A stretch of DNA of 64,000 nucleotides, taken from NCBI GenBank assembly GCA_041751875.1, contig JBGSIC010000013.1, positions 11,858 to 75,857 of the forward strand. Reading direction: 5' to 3'. Below are positions 58,325 to 64,000 of the stretch, one piece after another. Origin of the DNA: Bdellovibrionota bacterium. Its GTDB lineage: Bacteria; Bdellovibrionota; FAC87; UBA2466; JACKAF01. The notes under the pieces were generated by a model. It did not search any database, was not told the origin of the DNA, and saw nothing but the letters and a program-made list of their open reading frames with translations. The stretch's first letter is position 1. Every line of letters starts with the position of its first letter. The translations under genes and the position numbers were made by a program.

Positions 58325-58738
58325 ATGAAACGGCTTCTTACTTTTTTCATCATTATCGGTTGGGTGGTCGGTTGTTCCTCTGGGCCCAAAGCCAAAGAGA
58401 CCGACACGGCGGTAGCCAATGCCGAAGCGACTCAGCAAGAAGCCACAGCAAAAGCTGACGCGACCGTGAAAGCGGGAGAACAGAATGCCGCGGCAACCAC
58501 CGCAGCAGCGACAGCGAACGCCACAGCTCCGGCTCAAGGCGAAATCAAATGCACCTACGGAAGCGAAGAACGGGCTATTTCGATCACACCGCAAAACGGC
58601 GGCTGCGAAGTAAACTATGTCCGCAACGGCGAATCCCGAGTCATTGGTAACGCGAACAACGAAGTCGCGCACTGCCAGCAGATTGCTGACCGCGTGGTAA
58701 GCAACCTGAAGAACAACGGTTTCACCTGCACTCCCTAG
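58325..58738 (+). CDS. Small lipoprotein with Ala/Thr-rich linker and 4-Cys C-terminal domain
   Basis: Lipobox VVGCSS. An Ala/Thr-rich linker (AAATTAAATANATA) is followed by a C-terminal domain with 4 Cys (positions as given in the call). Confidence 0.5.
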   Translation: MKRLLTFFIIIGWVVGCSSGPKAKETDTAVANAEATQQEATAKADATVKAGEQNAAATTAAATANATAPAQGEIKCTYGSEERAISITPQNGGCEVNYVRNGESRVIGNANNEVAHCQQIADRVVSNLKNNGFTCTP

Positions 58739-58767
58739 CTAGGGAATCTAGGAAATTAACTGGAAAA

Positions 58768-59472
58768 TTAGAATTCAGCGGAACCGATCTGGTTTCCGTT
58801 GAATTCCCGTGTGGATTTGGGAATAAGCGGGTAGCTCCCGATTACCGCAAAAAGTTTGTCGGCTTTTTGCAGACGAGAAGTCCAAAATCCATTGATCGGA
58901 CTTAAACGCGTTTCGGCAAACTGGTATATTTCTTCTATCTTCTCCGCGGGCACTTTCGGCAAAACCAAGTTCACTGAGCTCCCATCCACAAACTGAACCC
59001 GAACAGTCAAAATAAGAGAACTGGTCTCGCGCAGAGTGTGGGCCTCTAGACCAGCTGGGGCCGGGTTGGGTGCCGGAAACTTTGCATTAAATAAACTCGC
59101 CCCCTGCCCCACCCCGATGCTACGAATTTTATCCCAGAACAAGTCTCTGATGCTCGCAGCAACGAGTTTGCCTTTCTTGTGCGCCAGAAAAAACTGATGC
59201 GCTCGAGAGTTGGGGCTAAAATCAGATGCACGAAACTTCCCCGTCGCCAGCGCATAGAGTTGGCCTGATATCCAGCGCTGCCCCGTCTTACGGGCAATCT
59301 CACTTACTGCTTCGGAATAGTTTGAGCGTTGTGCGGAGTTAAAGCCCAAATGGCGATTCCCTTCAGCGGCTGCTGAGGGAGTCAGAAGCAAGAACAATCC
59401 CGAAAGGGACCAGAGAACAAGAACGTTGCGTTGACGCGCCCCGCCCTGAATGGAAACGAATTGAGAAAGCAT
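58768..59472 (-). CDS. Hypothetical secreted protein
   Basis: A signal peptide is present. No motif recognised. Confidence 0.4.
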   Translation of the reverse strand: MLSQFVSIQGGARQRNVLVLWSLSGLFLLLTPSAAAEGNRHLGFNSAQRSNYSEAVSEIARKTGQRWISGQLYALATGKFRASDFSPNSRAHQFFLAHKKGKLVAASIRDLFWDKIRSIGVGQGASLFNAKFPAPNPAPAGLEAHTLRETSSLILTVRVQFVDGSSVNLVLPKVPAEKIEEIYQFAETRLSPINGFWTSRLQKADKLFAVIGSYPLIPKSTREFNGNQIGSAEF

Positions 59473-59612
59473 AAGTGACTATTTTGCCAGAAACGACCAA
59501 AAATGTATGCTCGCATGTCCGTTCTCAATCAACTGGCGCAAGCGGCGCAGCGTGCCACGTCACCCGTCATTTCTCATTTGTCGACGGCGTGTGGTAAAAT
59601 TTCACTCTATCC

Positions 59613-60392
59613 ATGGCAATCTCACGCATTGTTTGTAATTTTTTCTGGCACCGCGGCCCGCTCAACTGGGTTGCCCTAGCCAGCTTAAAGTCCTTTCTCT
59701 CCTACCGAGAGAACGAGGTAGTCGTTTATTCGTATGATCCCAGCACCGCTCCTAAGATAAAGGGCTTAAGTTGGCTGCCCGCTGATGAAATTATGCCCTA
59801 CGAGATTGCTGAGAGTTATCTTCTGAAAATGAAATCGTTTGCGGCCGTATCTCATCTTTTTCGCTACCAGCTTCTCCTCCAAAAAGGCGGTTGGTTTTTT
59901 GATACCGACTGCATCTTGCACCGCTCGTTGAACGGACTCAATGCTCTTCCCATTGTCTTTGGGTACCAATCTCGCCACTCAGCCAATGTATCTGTCCTGA
60001 AATTTCCGGCGGGCCTAAAACTTTTCCGAGAAATGTACGACGAAGCGAAAGAACTCCCTCCCGAGTTTTACCAGTGGGGGATGACCGGTGCTCAACTGTT
60101 CCAAAAATATGTTGAGAAATACCAGCTCAGAAATTATGGCCTAAGCGCCAACTATTTCTATCCGGTAAAATTTTCCGAAATTTGTGCTTTCACCACAAAG
60201 CTTAGTATTCCGTCCAACACCGTGATTGTGCATATGTGGAACGAAACACTCACCAAACACAACTTCAAGCGCTACCAAATTCACAATAGTGTGTTGGGAG
60301 AGGTGTCGGAGCCCGCGATCTGGAAACTGCTGCGAATACGCGATAAAGCCGTTTGGCATCTACAGAATTTTCTCAAGCCCCGCACAGCCTAA
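59613..60392 (+). CDS. Putative glycosyltransferase (GT32-like, DxD motif)
   Basis: FRYQLLLQKGGWFFDTDCI resembles the GT32 SDLLRYxxLYxxGGIYLDTD sugar-binding/DxD motif. Confidence 0.5.
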   Translation: MAISRIVCNFFWHRGPLNWVALASLKSFLSYRENEVVVYSYDPSTAPKIKGLSWLPADEIMPYEIAESYLLKMKSFAAVSHLFRYQLLLQKGGWFFDTDCILHRSLNGLNALPIVFGYQSRHSANVSVLKFPAGLKLFREMYDEAKELPPEFYQWGMTGAQLFQKYVEKYQLRNYGLSANYFYPVKFSEICAFTTKLSIPSNTVIVHMWNETLTKHNFKRYQIHNSVLGEVSEPAIWKLLRIRDKAVWHLQNFLKPRTA

Positions 60393-60416
60393 CGCCGAGC
60401 GAGCCAATCGACTTCT

Positions 60417-61418
60417 TTGATTGTTTCTTTGGCCAATTTGAGTAAGTTGGCCTCCATGCTCCTTTCCGCTACAGACTGGAACCGCTTGCAGGACCTTCGT
60501 TCGGTTTTTCTCGAAGGCAAGCAAACCTCTAAAGACTACTGGGAAGACCAGCGTCTTTTGGAGATCTATGACCTTACGTTCGGTCAACGAATAGCGTGGA
60601 AATGGAACGCGATTCTTGATGAACTTCGCGATCGCGGTTGGAAGCCAAGTTCCCCGCAGACCGTTGATTGGGGGTGCGGAACGGCCGTTGCGTCTCGCGC
60701 TTTCGTAGAACGCTGGCCTCAAGAACAAATTAAGGTGTGGGATCGCTCACCGATGGCTCAAAATTTTGCCATAAAAAAGCTTGGAGCCGATCGCGCTAGC
60801 GCTCTGATTGCGGGAGAAAATTTTGTGGGAACCGTCCTTCTCAGCCATATACTGGGAGAGTTAAAGGATGATGTCTTAAGAAGGCTCCTCGGATCTCTGG
60901 CCCAGGCCGACACTATCATCTGGGTGGAACCTGGAACAAAAGTGATGGGACAACGATTAGTGGAGATTAGAGAGGGCCTCCGCTCGCATTTCCACCTCTT
61001 AGCACCCTGCCCTCACCAAGAACGTTGCGGTTTATTGCAACAGGGGCATGAGAATGATTGGTGCCACCATTTTGCTCCCCCTCCAACTTTCATTTTTCAC
61101 GATCGCCACTGGAGTGAATTTAATCGCCGTATGAAAATCGATTTACGTGCGTTGCCGCTCAGCTACTTGGTGCTGGAAAAAAAGGGGGATTCACTTGGCC
61201 TGCCCTCGCTTCCTTGCCGTTTGATTGGGCGTCCCCGTTTTGAAAAAGCGCTCGTCCACTGGCAGGAATGCAGCGAAACCGGAGTGGCAGAGCGCCGTCT
61301 GTTGAAGAAGGAATCTCCCCCCCTGTTCAAAAAGATGGCGAAAGATCTCCCCTTCGGTTTGGCCTACGATTCCGTAGAATCCCTCAAGAACTCAGTTCCC
61401 GCGCCCACCTTGGATTAG
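60417..61418 (+). CDS. SAM-dependent methyltransferase, Rsm22-like (with Cys/His cluster)
   Basis: VDWGCGTAVAS (motif I). Downstream CPHQERCG...WCHHF Cys/His cluster as in the Rsm22/COG5459 family. Confidence 0.5.
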   Translation: MIVSLANLSKLASMLLSATDWNRLQDLRSVFLEGKQTSKDYWEDQRLLEIYDLTFGQRIAWKWNAILDELRDRGWKPSSPQTVDWGCGTAVASRAFVERWPQEQIKVWDRSPMAQNFAIKKLGADRASALIAGENFVGTVLLSHILGELKDDVLRRLLGSLAQADTIIWVEPGTKVMGQRLVEIREGLRSHFHLLAPCPHQERCGLLQQGHENDWCHHFAPPPTFIFHDRHWSEFNRRMKIDLRALPLSYLVLEKKGDSLGLPSLPCRLIGRPRFEKALVHWQECSETGVAERRLLKKESPPLFKKMAKDLPFGLAYDSVESLKNSVPAPTLD

Positions 61419-61578
61419 GGCTGGGCCAGGCTCAAAATTTACATAGTATTAATACTTTCGACTACTTAACAACCCGCACCAGATTTCCTTGCTTGCCCGC
61501 GGCAGCTCTTATAATCTCTGGACCTTTCAACCCCCTTTTTTCTAGGCTTTTTGAGAAAGCGGCGCTTGGGAGAACCAT

Positions 61579-63126
61579 TTGAGATTTGTGTTTAAACAAC
61601 TCGGCGGAGCTGTAGGCAGATTACTTTTTTCTGCTTTGCTTCTTTGCGCGGTACTGCCCGCTGCAAGCGACGAGGACACAGACGTTTGGTGCCTCAGCGA
61701 ACTTGCCGAACAAGCAGAAAACTCACTCAATGATACCGGGCCCATGCCCGTTATCCACACCGCGAATTCTGGAACAAAAACATTTTTGGTACTCAATGGT
61801 ATTAGCTCCGGCACGCTGATCGCCCCCGAACTCAGAAGTCGAGGCCATCGCGTTTATCATGCTTGGGGAAAAAAACCCACAGCCCGCCAACTCGCCGCCT
61901 TTAAAGCCAGCGACTACGACTACGTGTTTCCTGAGTTTCTAGCAGGGGATCAAGAAAGCTTGTCCCGACACATTAAAGAGATGGGAATTTTTGCTGCTAT
62001 CCCCGGCGCGGACGGCGGTGTGCGAGATGCCGAAACGCTGTCGTTTATGAACGATCTCCCTTCCAACGAGCCGGCAACTCTCGGCGCACGCACCAACAAA
62101 TTCGAACAATACCAAGCCATGGGCGAGACGGCCGCGCATTTTACCGATGCCGAAGAAGCGCTCCGGTATCTCCGCAAAGAATGGGGTGGTTGGCGGAACG
62201 TGGGATCGGTGATTCTGAAGCCAGAGGAATCCTCTGGAAGCGACCTCATCGGACGCGTCCACAACGACCGAAGCTTTCGAAAGCATTTTCTCAAGATCAA
62301 AAATAATCCCAACCAGTACGGCCAAGCCAATGACTTCGTTCTGATGATGCCTTTCGTGGAAGGTATTTCTACCGACCCCGAGATTGGATCGGAGTATGCG
62401 ATTAACGGCGTCGTCATGCTTTATGAAGGCGAGCTATACGTTCGTTTTACGGATGTTTGGCGCTACAACAAACGCATTGTTCAGGGTCGTCCCCCTTTGT
62501 ATTGGAGCGAGGATCTTTTAGCCTACTCGGAAATCCCTCCCGAAATTCTCACCGAGGTCTTGGCTGACTTAGAACGTTGTGGGTACCAAAACAGCGCCTT
62601 CCATGCCGAATCCATATTGGGTGCGGATGGGAAGGTCCATAAGATGGAAATTTCGCCGCGTCTCTACGGAGATTTTGGTCCGGCTCTGGCCAGAGAAGCC
62701 ATTGATTACGATCAGGTCACAGCGTTAGCCGACATCTATGATAACCCGCAGCGGTTCATGGCCATGGCGGGCAAGCCTTACTACCGGCGCAAAATGGCAA
62801 AAATGGTGAACATCAACAACCCCGTTTCCGCTCGGCCCCTCGCCGTTAGCTGGACCCATTGGGACAACGAACTTGCGCCCCAACTCCAGAGCTTGTACCA
62901 ACCGATTATTAAACACGCTCCGGAAGGCGCGCTGGTAAAAGGCACGAATGGGCTAACAGATACTCTCGCTCGCATTGAATTACTCACCGATGACGACAGG
63001 ATTTTGAGCCGAGATTACGAACTCGTCCGCCAAGCGGATCTCGAACGCCGGTTCTGGGTAGTGCGCGTGGCTTCTGCACAAGAGCAACTCAATCAATGGA
63101 TGAATTTCCTTCGCCACTTTTTCTAA
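61579..63126 (+). CDS. ATP-grasp family protein with N-terminal hydrophobic (signal/anchor) segment
   Basis: VILKPEESSGSDLIGRV (K-loop, compare RimK VVLKPLDGSGGRGV) and FHAESILGADGKVHKMEISPRLYG (E-x-(N/S)-x-x-P). N-terminal LLFSALLLCAVLPAAS. Confidence 0.5.
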   Translation: MRFVFKQLGGAVGRLLFSALLLCAVLPAASDEDTDVWCLSELAEQAENSLNDTGPMPVIHTANSGTKTFLVLNGISSGTLIAPELRSRGHRVYHAWGKKPTARQLAAFKASDYDYVFPEFLAGDQESLSRHIKEMGIFAAIPGADGGVRDAETLSFMNDLPSNEPATLGARTNKFEQYQAMGETAAHFTDAEEALRYLRKEWGGWRNVGSVILKPEESSGSDLIGRVHNDRSFRKHFLKIKNNPNQYGQANDFVLMMPFVEGISTDPEIGSEYAINGVVMLYEGELYVRFTDVWRYNKRIVQGRPPLYWSEDLLAYSEIPPEILTEVLADLERCGYQNSAFHAESILGADGKVHKMEISPRLYGDFGPALAREAIDYDQVTALADIYDNPQRFMAMAGKPYYRRKMAKMVNINNPVSARPLAVSWTHWDNELAPQLQSLYQPIIKHAPEGALVKGTNGLTDTLARIELLTDDDRILSRDYELVRQADLERRFWVVRVASAQEQLNQWMNFLRHFF

Positions 63127-63677
63127 TTCATGCGTATGCCGAGGGGTTCTTCCCCATGGCAGATCCGAACACAAACGAGCTTCTTTGGTTTCGCCCCGAT
63201 CCCCGAGCCATTTTGCCACTTGATCATTTCCACGCTTCCCGATCTCTACTCAAAACCGTCCGCCAAAATGTGTACACCGTGACCTTTAACAAAGCCTTTA
63301 CTCAGGTGATGCGCGGGTGCTCTGAGCGGAAGGAGACCTGGATCTCCGAAGACTTTCTTCGCGTTTACACCGAACTTCACAAAACCCGCTACGCGCACTC
63401 AGTAGAAGTTTGGAAGGGTGAGGACTTAGTCGGAGGGGTTTACGGGGTGGCCATCGGAGCCGCCTTTTTTGCTGAGTCAAAGTTTCACCGTACTCGAGAC
63501 GCTTCGAAGGTAGCTCTCTACCATCTGGTTCAGAGACTTAAGGCCCGGGAATTCCAGCTGTTAGAAGTCCAGTTTCTCACGCCTCACCTTCAGAAATTCG
63601 GTGCCGTTGAAATTAGCCATACCAAGTACCAGCAACTCCTTAAAAAAGCTCTTAAAAGAGAAGCCCAATTCGTTTGA
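63096..63677 (+). CDS. aat: Leucyl/phenylalanyl-tRNA--protein transferase
   Basis: LFLIHAYAEGFFPMADP, WISEDF and GGVYGVAIGAAFFAESKFH match the Aat family (GNAT-like fold). 193 aa. Confidence 0.8.
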   Translation: MDEFPSPLFLIHAYAEGFFPMADPNTNELLWFRPDPRAILPLDHFHASRSLLKTVRQNVYTVTFNKAFTQVMRGCSERKETWISEDFLRVYTELHKTRYAHSVEVWKGEDLVGGVYGVAIGAAFFAESKFHRTRDASKVALYHLVQRLKAREFQLLEVQFLTPHLQKFGAVEISHTKYQQLLKKALKREAQFV

Positions 63678-63732
63678 CGACCGAGCCGAGCGAGGTGTAC
63701 GGGGAAGATTGGAGGATCCGACGGGGTAAACC

Positions 63733-64000
63733 ATGGCGCACTTACGACTCATACAAGGCGGACTTTCTCTCCCCCATCCACCTGAACCAGTAGCCCTGCC
63801 TCAGTTTGCCGTTGGCGATCTGATTCACCACCGCCTTTACAACTATCGCGGCGTGATCGTCGCCGTGGATCCCATCTTCCAGGGTAGCGAGGAATGGTAC
63901 GAGAACGTGGCGCGCAGTCACCCTCCCAAGAATCATCCCTGGTATGAAGTGTTGGTGGATGAGGGAACACACTCCACGTACGTCGCCGAACGCCACCTAG
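63733..64000 (+). CDS. hspQ: HspQ/YccV-like (hemimethylated-DNA-binding domain) protein, 3' partial
   Basis: FAVGDLIHHRLYNYRGVIVAVDP is the YccV-like core motif. The ORF runs off the window end. Confidence 0.6.
   Translation, partial: MAHLRLIQGGLSLPHPPEPVALPQFAVGDLIHHRLYNYRGVIVAVDPIFQGSEEWYENVARSHPPKNHPWYEVLVDEGTHSTYVAERHL

Noticed and set aside
1-64000. tRNA, rRNA, CRISPR arrays, prophage/integrase genes
   Set aside because: Intergenic spacers were scanned by eye. No cloverleaf-like GC-rich 75-90 nt units, no repeat-spacer arrays, and no integrase, transposase or phage structural homologs among the ORFs.

Overview
This looks like a chromosomal segment of a Bdellovibrio-like predatory bacterium (Bdellovibrionota), with about 50% GC. 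That assignment is an inference from a Bd0055-like histone-fold ORF and the many secreted proteases and lipoproteins. The window is densely coding and mostly housekeeping: dcd, dksA, HU, lgt, priA, galU, lpxC, prmA and nrdAB. It also carries a complete phosphate regulon on the minus strand (phoB-phoR-pstSCAB-phoU plus a Tat-type PhoX-like phosphatase). A Zn/metal-uptake island has a His-rich lipoprotein, an outer-membrane protein, ZnuABC-like genes and a Zn-phospholipase-C-like protein. Many secreted hydrolases are present (S8 subtilisin, S1 trypsin-like, M4-like and M50-like metalloproteases). I found no CRISPR array, tRNA or rRNA gene, integrase or transposase. The most unusual loci are listed below.
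1. A compact PfaA-like (PUFA-synthase-type) polyketide locus: a KS protein carrying a degenerate second KS remnant, overlapping an AT-ACP-KR-DH protein, followed by a D-Ala-D-Ala-ligase-like ATP-grasp enzyme and preceded by a membrane acyltransferase-like protein.
2. A bacterial histone-fold gene with an in-frame upstream Cys-rich plus Lys/Pro-rich ORF. It is flanked by two roughly 40-bp palindromic elements in inverted orientation and carries a sigma-54-like -24/-12 motif.
3. A secreted protein that is extremely Tyr/Ser/Gly/Asn-rich and low-complexity.
4. Tandem paralogous lipoproteins with a vWA MIDAS motif.
5. A second ATP-grasp enzyme with an N-terminal hydrophobic segment, next to L/F-tRNA-protein transferase.
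Note that the ORF track uses TTG/GTG as well as ATG starts; several of its starts are over-extended and are refined in the features.
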